58,278 nt of DNA from a virus (lineage: Duplodnaviria; Caudoviricetes): positions 1 to 58,278 of the IMG/VR virus record IMGVR_UViG_3300032069_000867. The stretch is one strand, 5' to 3'. Numbering within the stretch: the first letter of the stretch is position 1; the number at the start of each line of letters is the position of its first letter. A program made the position numbers and the translations under genes. Positions 43,791-53,893 of this stretch are shown here, one piece after another. Below the pieces are notes generated by a model, which was not told where the DNA came from, did no database searches, and saw only the letters and a program-made list of their open reading frames with translations.

Positions 43791-46700
43791 CCGTCGGAGC
43801 CATCACCGCACAACTGCGGCTGGACATGACCAACTTCCGGGAGGGGCTGGGAAAGGCCAATTCCCTCCTGGAGCAATACAGCGGCGCAACCATGAGGGCC
43901 AGCGCGATGCTGGCCGGCTTCGGCGCGGCGGTGGCCGGCGGGATGGGCATGGCGGTCAAGGCCTCGGCGGAGTTCGAGGCCGAGATGCGCAACGTCAACT
44001 CGATCCTCAAGGAGAGCGAGCCGGCATTCCGCGCGCTGTCGGAATCGGTGCTCGCGCTTTCCGGCAAGGTGGGACAAGCGCCCGAGGTCCTGGCGCGCGG
44101 CCTCTACGACATCGCCTCTTCGGGGTTCAATGGCGCTGCGGGTCTGAAGGTGCTGGAGGCCTCCGCGGTCGCCGCCACTGCGGGAATCACTGACACCGCC
44201 ACTGCGAGCCGGGCGATCACCGCCGTGCTCAACGCCTACGGCCTGAGCGCGGATGACGCAGGCCGGGTTTCGGACGTGCTCTTCAAGACGGTGGAGCGAG
44301 GCGTGCTCACCTTCGGGGAACTCGCCCAGAACATCGGCGATGTGATCTCCACTGCCGCGCAGGCGAAGGTTCCCATCGAGGATGTGGGCGCGGCGATTGC
44401 CACCATGACCCGCGCCGGCGTCGTGCCAGCAGAGGCGGTCACCTCCTTGAACCAGGTGTTGTTGTCGTTCATCTCGCCGTCGGAGCAGGCCAAGGCTGCC
44501 GCCACCAAGCTCGGCATCCAGCTGACCGCCACCAACCTCGCCGCCAAGGGGCTGGGCGGCGTAGTGCAGGAGATGGCGGCTGCGCTGAAGCTCGGCGGAG
44601 ACGACTTGGAGGCGATGCAGAAGGCCGGGGCCTCCGACGCGGAGGTCATGGCCCTGGTGGCGCAGCGCTCCGGCGTGGCGACCGAGCAGCTGGCGGAACT
44701 TTTCCCGAACGTGCGGGCCTTGCGGGGCGCGCTGGTTCTCGCCGCCCAGGGAGGGCGCGAGTTCTCCGAGGACGTGCAGGCGATGGCGCAGGCAACCGGG
44801 GCGTCAGCCGCTGCTTTCGCCGAGCAGAGCAAGTCTTTCCAGGTGCAGTGGGCCAAGACCTGGGCCGGCATGCGGGCCTTCATGGTGCAAGTAGGCTCGG
44901 CCTTCCTGCCAGTGCTCAAGGTGCTGGCGGAGGTACTGAAGACCGTCGTGCAAATGGCCGAGGCCATCCCTGCGCCGCTGCGTGCCATCCTGGCGGTAGT
45001 CGCGCTGCTGGCGGCCGGGTTCGCGTCGCTCACCGCCTCCTTCATCCTCTACAACGCCTATTTGAAGGAGGCCGTCGTTCTCTCCGGCGGATTGGTTGGC
45101 GCGATGCGCCAGATGATGACGAGTATGTCAGCGGCCAATGTCCAAATCAGCCTGACTGGACTGTCGCTCGGCAAACTGGCAGCAGGCGCGAAGACGGCTG
45201 GGGCAGCCCTGCTCGCCAGCCTGCGGGGCGGGGCGCTGGGATTCGCGGCGATCACTGTCGGCCTGGGACTGCTCTACCGCCAGTTCTCCGAGGCCGACCG
45301 CATGGGCAAGGAGTTCGTGCAGACACTCCTTGACCTCGACCGGCGTGCCTTCAAGGTGAAGGTGCGCTTGGAGGACATCAAGACGCCCTCTTTCTGGAGC
45401 CGGATGATGGAGTGGGCCGGCTACCGCACCCAGGACATGGACCGCTTCCTCGCCCAGATGAACCAGTACAAGCAGAAGGTCGAGGGAGCAGAGAAGGCCC
45501 AGCAAAGCCAGGAGGCGCGCACCGCCAAGCTTAAGCAGATCGAGCAGGAGCTGGCGCGTTTCCGCGGCGAGGCGCACGCCGCCCGCATGAAGCAGATCGC
45601 CGAGGAGGCGCAGACGCTGGAGAAAGACCTCGCCGAGGCCGGCATGAAGCCCGAAGAGGCAAGGGCGCAGGCCGCCAGGTGGGCGGCTGCGGCACGATCT
45701 GCGGCGGAGCGAGAAGCCAGCAAGGACATCCAGGAAGCCGAGATCAAGCTGCTCGAACTGCAGAGCCGCAACCATGAAGCCCGAATGCGCCAGATCGAAC
45801 TCGAGGCCCAGGCAGTCAAGGAGAAGTACCTGGCCGCCGGACGAGGCGAGGAGGCAGAGGAAGCGGCCAGGCAATACCGGCTCGCGGCTATCGCTGCCTA
45901 TGAGCGAGAGCGCAAGGACATCGTCCTCCAGGCTGAGCAGAAACTCGTCGAGGCGCTGATCGGCCACGAAGATCAGATCGCTGGCGCACGAGAGCGCATC
46001 CACCGCGTCCGCCTCCAGCAGATCCAGTCGGAAGCCGAGGCGATCAAGAATCAGTTGATCGCCGCGGGCGAGGATGCGACGAAGGCCGAACTCGCGCGGA
46101 AGCAATTCCTCGCGGCGAAGACAGCCGAACTCGCCAAGCAGGAAGCGACAGAGAGGGCTCGCATCTTCGAGCAAGGCGCGGAGGCCATCGTTTCGGCCTG
46201 GATTGCCGCGGTGGAGGGGATGCGCCAGGCCGACCGACTGCAGACGGGCGAATATCTCTCGCAGCTCTCTCGGGTTCTCGAGCTGATTCGCCAGGTCAAT
46301 GCTGCGCGGACAGACGCTGGCCAGGGCCGTCTCTTCCAGCAGGAGGAACTTCGCCTGGCCCAGACCATCTTCTCCGAGCGCCAGCGAATGCAGCGCGAAC
46401 TGACGGTGGATGAGAAGAAGCTCGCGGATGAGCGCAAGCAGTGGGCGCAGGAGGAACTGGAGCAGCGCACTCGCCTGCATGCCTACGAAATGTCCCTGAT
46501 CGACCTCACCTTCCAGCATCGCCGCGACCTGGCGCGCGTAACGGGCGAGGAAGACCAGCAGACAATGGCCCGCATCGCGGCCGACGAGCTTGCCGCGCTG
46601 CAGCAGCGACGCGCCGAGGAGCAGCTTAGCGCGCAGGAGCGACTGGATTCCCTGGAGCGCGAGCGCCAACTGATCCTGGAGATGGCGCAGGCCGGGGAGA

Positions 46701-47131
46701 TGCCAGAGCCTGCCGCGACCGCGGCGCTGGAGTCAACCTTCGCCGAGATGCAGCGGGCGAAGGAGGAACTGGCGGCGCAGGACAGAGCCGCCTTCGAGGA
46801 GCGCAAGAAGCAGCACGACGAGACGCTCAAGCAGATCGAGACCGAGCAGAAGACCCTGCGCGACCAACTCTCCCAGACCGGCGGCCAAATTGTGCAGGTC
46901 GCCCAGCAGGTCTTCGATGCTCTCCAGCAGCGGCTCCAGGCGCTTGCCTCGGTGAGATTGCAGCCCGCGCTTGCGGGCGCAGTGGCGGCGGTGGGGCCGG
47001 CGTCTGCGGCCGGGCGCACCTACAACTTCTACATCGGCGGTCGGCAGGTCACTGCGGGTACGGACATCAGCCGCATCGCTGACCAACTCGCCGAGATGCT
47101 GGAGCGCGAGCACACCTATGCGAGGGACTGA
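43787..47131 (+). CDS. Tape measure protein (TP901-type core)
   Basis: FEAEMRNV...GLYDIASSG...DVLFKTV..G.LTFGELA; Ala-rich, then long coiled coil; 1114 aa. Confidence 0.95.
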   Translation: MTVGAITAQLRLDMTNFREGLGKANSLLEQYSGATMRASAMLAGFGAAVAGGMGMAVKASAEFEAEMRNVNSILKESEPAFRALSESVLALSGKVGQAPEVLARGLYDIASSGFNGAAGLKVLEASAVAATAGITDTATASRAITAVLNAYGLSADDAGRVSDVLFKTVERGVLTFGELAQNIGDVISTAAQAKVPIEDVGAAIATMTRAGVVPAEAVTSLNQVLLSFISPSEQAKAAATKLGIQLTATNLAAKGLGGVVQEMAAALKLGGDDLEAMQKAGASDAEVMALVAQRSGVATEQLAELFPNVRALRGALVLAAQGGREFSEDVQAMAQATGASAAAFAEQSKSFQVQWAKTWAGMRAFMVQVGSAFLPVLKVLAEVLKTVVQMAEAIPAPLRAILAVVALLAAGFASLTASFILYNAYLKEAVVLSGGLVGAMRQMMTSMSAANVQISLTGLSLGKLAAGAKTAGAALLASLRGGALGFAAITVGLGLLYRQFSEADRMGKEFVQTLLDLDRRAFKVKVRLEDIKTPSFWSRMMEWAGYRTQDMDRFLAQMNQYKQKVEGAEKAQQSQEARTAKLKQIEQELARFRGEAHAARMKQIAEEAQTLEKDLAEAGMKPEEARAQAARWAAAARSAAEREASKDIQEAEIKLLELQSRNHEARMRQIELEAQAVKEKYLAAGRGEEAEEAARQYRLAAIAAYERERKDIVLQAEQKLVEALIGHEDQIAGARERIHRVRLQQIQSEAEAIKNQLIAAGEDATKAELARKQFLAAKTAELAKQEATERARIFEQGAEAIVSAWIAAVEGMRQADRLQTGEYLSQLSRVLELIRQVNAARTDAGQGRLFQQEELRLAQTIFSERQRMQRELTVDEKKLADERKQWAQEELEQRTRLHAYEMSLIDLTFQHRRDLARVTGEEDQQTMARIAADELAALQQRRAEEQLSAQERLDSLERERQLILEMAQAGEMPEPAATAALESTFAEMQRAKEELAAQDRAAFEERKKQHDETLKQIETEQKTLRDQLSQTGGQIVQVAQQVFDALQQRLQALASVRLQPALAGAVAAVGPASAAGRTYNFYIGGRQVTAGTDISRIADQLAEMLEREHTYARD

Positions 47132-47134
47132 TAC

Positions 47135-47509
47135 GTGGCTGCCTGCTACATGAGCAAGCCTGACGATACCGAGAAGACCTACCTGGACGAGGACCCGGTC
47201 TCCTATGACGACGGGCCGGCAGAGAGACGGGCCTCCTCCCACGCCACCTTCGGCGGCAGCCGCGTCTGGCAGGACTTCGGGGCCAGGGATGTTGACCGGC
47301 AGATCAGGCTGCGGACGGACTGGATGAGCCAGGCGACGCTGGACGCGCTCAAGGCCAAGTTCGCAGTGACCGCCCAGGTCTGGAAGTGGGTGGATCACAA
47401 GGGACACGAGTATCGAGTCTTCTTTCGGGCGCTCAACCCGGAGCGCATCCGCGGCCACGCCGCCTACCGGGTGGAGATGCTGCTGGATGTGGTGCAGGTG
47501 GTGACGTGA
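47135..47509 (+). CDS. Putative distal tail protein
   Basis: 124 aa directly after tape measure. Confidence 0.6.
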   Translation: MAACYMSKPDDTEKTYLDEDPVSYDDGPAERRASSHATFGGSRVWQDFGARDVDRQIRLRTDWMSQATLDALKAKFAVTAQVWKWVDHKGHEYRVFFRALNPERIRGHAAYRVEMLLDVVQVVT

Positions 47510-47526
47510 GATCAGGGAGGTAGCAG

Positions 47527-48042
47527 ATGAACAGAAGCAATGGGCTTTCAGCGATGATGTTGGTTGCATGCGCTACGGTCATCTTGGTGCTGGCGGGATG
47601 CAAGCCTGAGCGTGTGACGGTCTTCAAGCCTGGTGTGGCCTATGCCTCGGCTGTCGGCGGCGCTGATCCCACGGTCAGTCTCTCTGCTGATCGCACATCC
47701 GTCACGACCGGCGACGCGGTGAGCCTGACCAGCGTGATCGCAGTGCCTTCTGCCGAGACGCAGGCTGCCAAGCAGGTGACTTGGCGCTATCAGATTCCAT
47801 CCGGCTTCTCTCTTCTGGAAGCGATTGGGCCGCGGCCCATCGGCAACCAGGCCACCGTGACCTGGACGAATCCTGATGGCTCGCAAGGCTCGGCCACCAG
47901 CAACACTGTGACCGTGGTTGTGCTCGGGGCATCGCTCTCCCTGCAACCGGATGCGAACCGCTATGTCAGCGTGCAGTGCGGGGACATCAAGCCAGGCGAG
48001 GAGCGGGCAATCACCCTGACGTTGCGCTACGTGGGAGAGTAG
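47527..48042 (+). CDS. Lipoprotein with DUF11-like beta domain
   Basis: Signal peptide with lipobox VLAG-C; ADRTSVTTGDAVS...IPSGFS...GDIKPGEERAIT. Confidence 0.75.
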   Translation: MNRSNGLSAMMLVACATVILVLAGCKPERVTVFKPGVAYASAVGGADPTVSLSADRTSVTTGDAVSLTSVIAVPSAETQAAKQVTWRYQIPSGFSLLEAIGPRPIGNQATVTWTNPDGSQGSATSNTVTVVVLGASLSLQPDANRYVSVQCGDIKPGEERAITLTLRYVGE

Positions 48043-48090
48043 GCGGCGATGCTATGCAGCGGTGACATGATGAAACAGCATTGGGCAGGC

Positions 48091-48378
48091 TCAGCGATAA
48101 CTGGTGCTGCGGGGCCGCATCGAGTGCAGGACGACCTCGTCGCCTACCACGTCATAGCGGAGGCGGTAATCGCCAATGCGCAGGCGAAACTGGCCTTCTC
48201 CGGCGGGGACGTCCACCAGCTTGCGGATGTTCCCCCGCCCTTCCAGGTTGAACGGGTCGGTCTCCAGCAACTCGACGGCCTCAAGCAGACTCTCGTAGAT
48301 GCGCGGCAGACGCTTGCGGAGGCGTCGCACCTCTCGCTCGAAGGCAGGAGCCGCGACCACTCGGTAGCGGCGCGGCAT
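48091..48378 (-). CDS. RelE/ParE-family toxin
   Basis: IRKL...FRLRIGDYRLRY...RPRSTSYR. Confidence 0.92.
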   Translation of the reverse strand: MPRRYRVVAAPAFEREVRRLRKRLPRIYESLLEAVELLETDPFNLEGRGNIRKLVDVPAGEGQFRLRIGDYRLRYDVVGDEVVLHSMRPRSTSYR

Positions 48379-48382
48379 GGGG

Positions 48383-48679
48383 CTACCTGGACTCCTCTTT
48401 CAGCTCGCCAAGGAATTCCCGCACCGGACGGGTGCGCCCGGCGCGATGGGCCTTCATGCTTGCCCGAAGGCGCTTGCGCAGCGCCGGGTCCTGCGCCTCC
48501 AGATAGTCCTCCACGGCATCAATGTCAAGCAACCCGGCTACCGGGATACCGTCTTTCTCAAGCACCACCACGTCGCCGTCCACATGCACGCTTCGAACGA
48601 GCGACCCCAGGTTGGTGCGAGCCTTTGTCATCGGCATGCGCAGCACTCGGTTTGCCACTGGCTTGTCCTCCTGATTCAT
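48383..48679 (-). CDS. Phd/YefM-family antitoxin
   Basis: MTKARTNLGSLV...VVLEKDGIPVAGLL; upstream of toxin. Confidence 0.9.
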   Translation of the reverse strand: MNQEDKPVANRVLRMPMTKARTNLGSLVRSVHVDGDVVVLEKDGIPVAGLLDIDAVEDYLEAQDPALRKRLRASMKAHRAGRTRPVREFLGELKEESR

Positions 48680-48691
48680 GCTCCCTAATGC

Positions 48692-48720
48692 ATGTTAATC
48701 AATTCACGAGCGACTGTCAA
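48692..48720 (-). promoter_or_regulatory. Promoter of the TA operon
   Basis: Minus strand TTGACA-17-TAACAT. Confidence 0.7.
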
Positions 48721-48756
48721 TACCCACAGGTGACCATTTCGTAGCGAGGAGACGCG

Positions 48757-49467
48757 ATGGCGAAGCAGGTCACGAAATACGAGAGCGACGGGGTGACCCC
48801 CGCCCAGAGTTCCTATGACGAGGGGAGCGTGCTCGACGGTGCGCAGACCACGCCGCGGCGCATCTGGTGGAAGAACACCTCCACCGCCTCCGAGACGCTT
48901 CAGAACTGCCGATTCCGACGCGTGCAGAGCGGGGCGAACGACGGGCTGAACTTCCTGCAGATCGCCCAGGATAGCCCGCTCTCGCCGCCCGGCGCGCCGA
49001 CTCTGGCGCTGGCAGCCGGAACCGAACTCGGCATTGGCCTCTACCAGTACGCCATCACCTTCGTGACCGCAAACGGCGAGACCACGCCGGGGACGCAGGC
49101 GGAGATCACCACAACCTCGGGCAATCAGCGAGTGCAGCTCTCCAACATCCCCATCGGGCCGAGCGGCACCACTGCCAGGAGAATCTACCGCAGCGCCGTG
49201 GGCGGGGGCCAGAAGAAACTGGTGGCCACCATCAACGACAACAGCACGACCTCCTACCTCGACCAGATTCCCGACGCGAGCCTGGGAGCGAACGCGCCCA
49301 CGCTGAATACTTCCGGCTCGCCGGGCACGTGGCAGACCGCCAACATCACCATCGGCAACATGGCCGTCGGCGACTACGCGCCCTGCTGGATGCGCTACAA
49401 CGTGCCGAGCGGGACGACCCAGGTAGGCAATCCGCGCAGAGCCTACGTGCAGTTCGAGGAGGCATAG
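48757..49467 (+). CDS. Tail protein with FN3-like 'RRIYR' module
   Basis: YQYAITFV..GET...NIPIGPSGTTARRIYRS; T/S/G-rich. Confidence 0.7.
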   Translation: MAKQVTKYESDGVTPAQSSYDEGSVLDGAQTTPRRIWWKNTSTASETLQNCRFRRVQSGANDGLNFLQIAQDSPLSPPGAPTLALAAGTELGIGLYQYAITFVTANGETTPGTQAEITTTSGNQRVQLSNIPIGPSGTTARRIYRSAVGGGQKKLVATINDNSTTSYLDQIPDASLGANAPTLNTSGSPGTWQTANITIGNMAVGDYAPCWMRYNVPSGTTQVGNPRRAYVQFEEA

Positions 49468-49650
49468 ATGAACGAAGTGCTCGCGGCCCCGAAGATCATC
49501 CTGCCTCCAGGCTATGTAGACAGAGATGGCAAGGTGCGATTTGCAGAGAGCACCCCAGTCACTATCACCTGGCCGGAGGAAATCAAGGAGGCCGCAAGAC
49601 GGCTTAAGGAGATCGCTGCGTGCCTGGACTCACTGATCAACTCGAACTGA
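49468..49650 (+). CDS. Small hypothetical protein
   Basis: Abuts upstream stop; GAGGAGG RBS. Confidence 0.5.
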   Translation: MNEVLAAPKIILPPGYVDRDGKVRFAESTPVTITWPEEIKEAARRLKEIAACLDSLINSN

Positions 49651-49862
49651 TCGTCTCCGTCATCCCGAAGTTGACCGACCAGGTGCGCCTGGATGTGGAG
49701 GTGTTCCAGGACCGGGTGACAGATGCGGTGCTGCTGGAAGCAAACGTGACTCCGAAGGTGGCCGACGGGGTGCTCCTGCTGACCAACGTGGTGAACCAGA
49801 ACTTCGAGGCCGAGGCGCAGGCGCGGGTGCTTGCGCCGACCGCAGAGGTGACTTTCCTGTAA
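49620..49862 (+). CDS. Small hypothetical tail-region protein
   Basis: AAGGAG RBS, GTG start; stop abuts next ATG. Confidence 0.6.
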   Translation: MPGLTDQLELIVSVIPKLTDQVRLDVEVFQDRVTDAVLLEANVTPKVADGVLLLTNVVNQNFEAEAQARVLAPTAEVTFL

Positions 49863-51491
49863 ATGGCGATCACTGTCAAACCGACAACCTGTGAGATCGA
49901 CTCCCGCCTGGGGAACCTGGCGGATTCCCTCGACCTGTCGCTGGTCGAGGAGGACTCCGCCGCGCCGGCTTCCCCGGTTGCGCAGGCCTGGCGGACCCTC
50001 GACCAGGGTGACCTGATTCGCGTGCGCCTCGGTCTGAGCGGCTCCGGCTTGCTCGATTACGGCCTCTTCCGCGTGGACGAGTGCGCACTGGAGGCGACGG
50101 AGTCGTCCTGGCGGACGCGCATTCACGGACGGGACAAAGCGGCCCTGCTGGTCGAGGAGCGGGCGCAGGAGGGCTATGGCTTCGGGACCTGGCCGGATGA
50201 TGAGCCGAAGGAGTACACCTACCCGTCGGCGCGCAGTCTGGCGAAAAGCATCGCAGCGCGCGTGGGACTGGGGCTGATCTGGGATGCACCCAACTACACG
50301 CTCACCACGTTCGCCCTCCAACCGGAGGAGTCAGCAAGCCAGGCCATTGGACGGCTGCTGGAGCCGCTGCGAGCGAGCCGTCGCTACTACGCGGACGCCT
50401 GGGTGGACGGGGAGAACCTGGTGGTGCGCCGGCGCGGAAACGGATCGGGCGTTGGCACCATTGACTGCTCCCTCGGTCAGGTCAGGAGCATTCGCCGCGC
50501 CCGGTGCTCTTCGGTGGGCGAGGTCAAAGTCTATGGCGCTACCTACGTCTCCCTGACGACCTACGAGCATCAGACCAAGCAGTCCAAGACTGGCTCCGGC
50601 GACACTGGGGAGGGCGAGCCGCAGGCGAGTGTGCGCATCACGGAGGACTCGCCGACGCACCGCGTGGTCGAGACCGGTATTGTCCAAGCGAACGGCGAGT
50701 TCGTGACGATCACCAGGGAGACCGAAGATCTCACCTACCAAGATGTGACCGACGCGGATGGCAACTGGCTGGGCCGCCTGCTGCTCGAAAGCCGAGTGCT
50801 GGAGGAGCGCGACCTGCACAGCGACAAGCCGAAGCGCTCTCGTAAGAAGATCAGCTTCGGCTATGACAGCCAGTGGCGGCTCGTCCTGCGAGATGAGCGC
50901 ACCAGCGAGTACCAGGACGACGGCACCCTGAAGAAGGTCAACCACGTGGTGACTCGCTTCGAGCAGGTCACGCCGACCGATGTGCGCACAGTCACCACCG
51001 AGTTCAAGGTTGCCGCCGACGGCACCGAGACGGTGAAGAAGGGTTTCCCGAAGTGGGAGCAGTCGCCGGGCGTTCTCCAGTCGAGTGTGCGCCAGGCTCC
51101 CGACCCGGAGGGCAAGTGGGACGAGAAGCCAGACGGCAGCGCCCCCGACAACTCCAAGAAAACCGAGTATACGTCGCAGTACCAGGGCACCGCGAACGGC
51201 GGCGGCAGCATGCCCAGAGTCTATCGCAACGAGAACCTGGTCGGCAGCGCCATCTGCCAGCAGATCGCCGACGATCTGGCCGCGGAGAGCGGCAAGTGGC
51301 TCTACACAGTGAGCCTGTTCTGGCCCCGGCCGTTTTCCCATCGCAAGGGCCAGAAGGTCACCCTCAGCAGCCTGCCCGGCGACTGCCCTGACCTGGTGGA
51401 CGTAATCATCGTCGGCGTGCGCACCTACTACGACGAGGGCGAGGGCGTCTGGTCGCACGACGTGGAGTTCGAATGCTGGAGGGATTCGTGA
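49863..51491 (+). CDS. Putative tail hub/baseplate protein
   Basis: GLFRVDE...IHGRDKAALL hub-like N-terminus; 542 aa in tail module. Confidence 0.65.
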   Translation: MAITVKPTTCEIDSRLGNLADSLDLSLVEEDSAAPASPVAQAWRTLDQGDLIRVRLGLSGSGLLDYGLFRVDECALEATESSWRTRIHGRDKAALLVEERAQEGYGFGTWPDDEPKEYTYPSARSLAKSIAARVGLGLIWDAPNYTLTTFALQPEESASQAIGRLLEPLRASRRYYADAWVDGENLVVRRRGNGSGVGTIDCSLGQVRSIRRARCSSVGEVKVYGATYVSLTTYEHQTKQSKTGSGDTGEGEPQASVRITEDSPTHRVVETGIVQANGEFVTITRETEDLTYQDVTDADGNWLGRLLLESRVLEERDLHSDKPKRSRKKISFGYDSQWRLVLRDERTSEYQDDGTLKKVNHVVTRFEQVTPTDVRTVTTEFKVAADGTETVKKGFPKWEQSPGVLQSSVRQAPDPEGKWDEKPDGSAPDNSKKTEYTSQYQGTANGGGSMPRVYRNENLVGSAICQQIADDLAAESGKWLYTVSLFWPRPFSHRKGQKVTLSSLPGDCPDLVDVIIVGVRTYYDEGEGVWSHDVEFECWRDS

Positions 51492-53653
51492 GTCGGCTGT
51501 CCTCCATAGCGCAGCGCATCCTTTCCGCTCACCGAACCTGCGGCTGGGGCAAGGTCTCGCAGGCAGTGCGGCCCGGCGAGGTGCGCCTGGAGAATCGCCA
51601 GGAGCGGGTGCTGGTGGCCGGCAACTGCTCCCCATCAGTCGGCGAGCGCGTCTCCTGGCTGCGGCTCGACCGGGGCACGCTCGTGACTGCTCGCAACATT
51701 CGACCTCGGCCGCCGCTGGTTCTCCCTTCGGGAAAGGCCCTTCCGACTTGGACGGGCGCATGGGGCCGGGTGATCACCTCTTCGTTCGACAACGGGCAAT
51801 ACGACAACGCCTCCCCCTGCTGCGCGGCGGACAGCAACGGGCATGCCTGGACTGCGGTGTGCGAGTCAGTGGGCGATGTGTTTCGCCTGCACTTCTATCG
51901 GGGCGACAAGGACAACCTGCTCGCGCCGGCAGGCTGGGCAAGCAAGGGGCACATCGACTTTTCCTACATCGGCGATCCGTACTATCGCACCAGCGGCCCA
52001 GGCTGGAGGACGCCCTGCCTGCTGGTGGACGACCAGGACAACCTCTTCGCCTGGTGGCACCGGCAGTTCCTCTGGGAGGCGGGACAGCAGACCGCGAACG
52101 CGCTGCAGGGAGTGAAGGGGACGATCAGTCCCGACACCGGCGCGCTCAGCCTGGACTCGCCGGTTGATCTCGGTCTGCCATACGTGGATGGCTTCGGCCC
52201 GGGCTACACCCCCGACTACAACGGCCTGGAGATCGCTCCCGACGGTTATCTCTGGCTCGTCACCTCGCCGAAGGTGACAGTGCAGACGCCGTGGGTGGAC
52301 TTGCTTTATGGCGATGATCTGGGCGTCGGCACCTATAAGTATGCGCTCTCCTACGTCAGCGCGCAGAGCGAACTCGGCTGCGGCTACTATCGCAGCGTTA
52401 CCACGAAGGCGCAGGCCGACTACAAGGGCACGTACTCCGCCAAGGCCAGATCGGGCGGCGGCACCTTCGGCCCTGGCACCCACCTGTTCCGCACGAACTT
52501 CTACAAGCAGGACGGCACCTCGGGCGACGGGGAGAGCATTTACCCCTCCGCCGAGAGCGGCGGGATGGTCACGATCTATGGTGGCAACGACTGGCGAGTC
52601 GAACTCCAAATCAACAAGGGCCTGGCCAACTGCACCGGGCGGCGCATCTACTGCTGGCCGAACTGGCCGGGCGGCCCGGGCGGCTACTTCCTGGTGGCCG
52701 ACATCCCGGACAACGAGACGACGGATGTCACCATCTACAACCCGCCAACCGGAAGCGAACCTCCGTACCCGACTCAGCATACTCTCCCCGCCAAGCGCAC
52801 GCGCGTCTGGAACATCGCCCAGGGGCCGCCGGGCACCACCGCGCGCCGCATCTACCGCACCCAGGCCGGCGGCAGCATCTACGGCCTCGTGCATACCGTC
52901 AATAACAACCAGAATGACGCGGAGTGGGCTGACGACACCGGCGACGGCATAGGCGCGACCCCGCCCAACAACCCGACGAACCAATCCTATCGCTGCCTGG
53001 CCGTGGGCCGCTCGAATGCGCCGCGCTCCTGGGCGAGCGGAGTCACCTGGGAGAAGGTCTTCGGCTGGTATCCCTGGTCGTGGCTGGGAGATCGCTGCGG
53101 CGTCGTCGCCCTGGGCAACGGACTGGCGGCAGTCGTTTACCAGAACACCTCCTGGGGCCTCTCTGCGCAGCGGCGCACGACCGGGGGTTTCTGGGGCAGC
53201 GAAGTCAACCTGGTCACAGAGAGCGGCCGCAGTTTCCGCCTGGGAACCATCCTGCTCCACGAAGGCGAGCCGCACCTGTGCTACCTCGAATCGGGCGGCT
53301 ACCCCAGCCTTGATGAGTGGCACTACGCGCCGCTCTCAGTCAGCGACGACGGCGTCAGCATGGGCAGCCCCGTGCTTGCAGGCGAGGGCTGGCCCTACAG
53401 CGAGGAGCCGCCGCGGCTGTCCTGGGACGAAGACCAGGAAGTCATGGTGATGCACGGCGGCGGCTTCAACGACTACTGCCACATCTTCAACGTGGATGAG
53501 GGCGACGTGGAGAGCGGCGGCGGTGATCTCTCCACTGCCGGCGCGGATATCTCCTGGTGGACGGCTCCGCACCGCGTTCCCGGCCCGAAACTCTGGGGAC
53601 TCTTCATCGACTGGGACGGCTACCACGGAGCCGTGGAGTGGACACCAGAGTGA
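51488..53653 (+). CDS. Putative tail spike/receptor-binding protein
   Basis: OB-fold-like N-terminus, W/G/Y-rich beta structure, two 'RRIY' modules. Confidence 0.7.
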   Translation: MSRLSSIAQRILSAHRTCGWGKVSQAVRPGEVRLENRQERVLVAGNCSPSVGERVSWLRLDRGTLVTARNIRPRPPLVLPSGKALPTWTGAWGRVITSSFDNGQYDNASPCCAADSNGHAWTAVCESVGDVFRLHFYRGDKDNLLAPAGWASKGHIDFSYIGDPYYRTSGPGWRTPCLLVDDQDNLFAWWHRQFLWEAGQQTANALQGVKGTISPDTGALSLDSPVDLGLPYVDGFGPGYTPDYNGLEIAPDGYLWLVTSPKVTVQTPWVDLLYGDDLGVGTYKYALSYVSAQSELGCGYYRSVTTKAQADYKGTYSAKARSGGGTFGPGTHLFRTNFYKQDGTSGDGESIYPSAESGGMVTIYGGNDWRVELQINKGLANCTGRRIYCWPNWPGGPGGYFLVADIPDNETTDVTIYNPPTGSEPPYPTQHTLPAKRTRVWNIAQGPPGTTARRIYRTQAGGSIYGLVHTVNNNQNDAEWADDTGDGIGATPPNNPTNQSYRCLAVGRSNAPRSWASGVTWEKVFGWYPWSWLGDRCGVVALGNGLAAVVYQNTSWGLSAQRRTTGGFWGSEVNLVTESGRSFRLGTILLHEGEPHLCYLESGGYPSLDEWHYAPLSVSDDGVSMGSPVLAGEGWPYSEEPPRLSWDEDQEVMVMHGGGFNDYCHIFNVDEGDVESGGGDLSTAGADISWWTAPHRVPGPKLWGLFIDWDGYHGAVEWTPE

Positions 53654-53892
53654 GCAGACTCTATTCGGCGATCAAGCGTCTGGCGCGGAAGGGGGACCAG
53701 GCAGCAATCGGGGTGGTCGCGGGGTACCTCGGCGGCGGCCGCTATCGCATCAAGATCGCAGGCAGCGAGTACGAAGTGCCGGCCGCGGGAGACGCGCAGG
53801 CGATTGACGGCCAGAGCGTCGCGCTGCTGGTGAGTGGGGAGAACGGGAAGCCCATCGCCATGCTGGGTGCGGTGCGCCAGACGGGAGTGTAG
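53650..53892 (+). CDS. Small protein resembling the N-terminus of 51488-53653
   Basis: Both start VSRL and share a G.V..../V.G..V.L pattern; GTGA overlap. Confidence 0.6.
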   Translation: MSRLYSAIKRLARKGDQAAIGVVAGYLGGGRYRIKIAGSEYEVPAAGDAQAIDGQSVALLVSGENGKPIAMLGAVRQTGV

Positions 53893-53893
53893 G

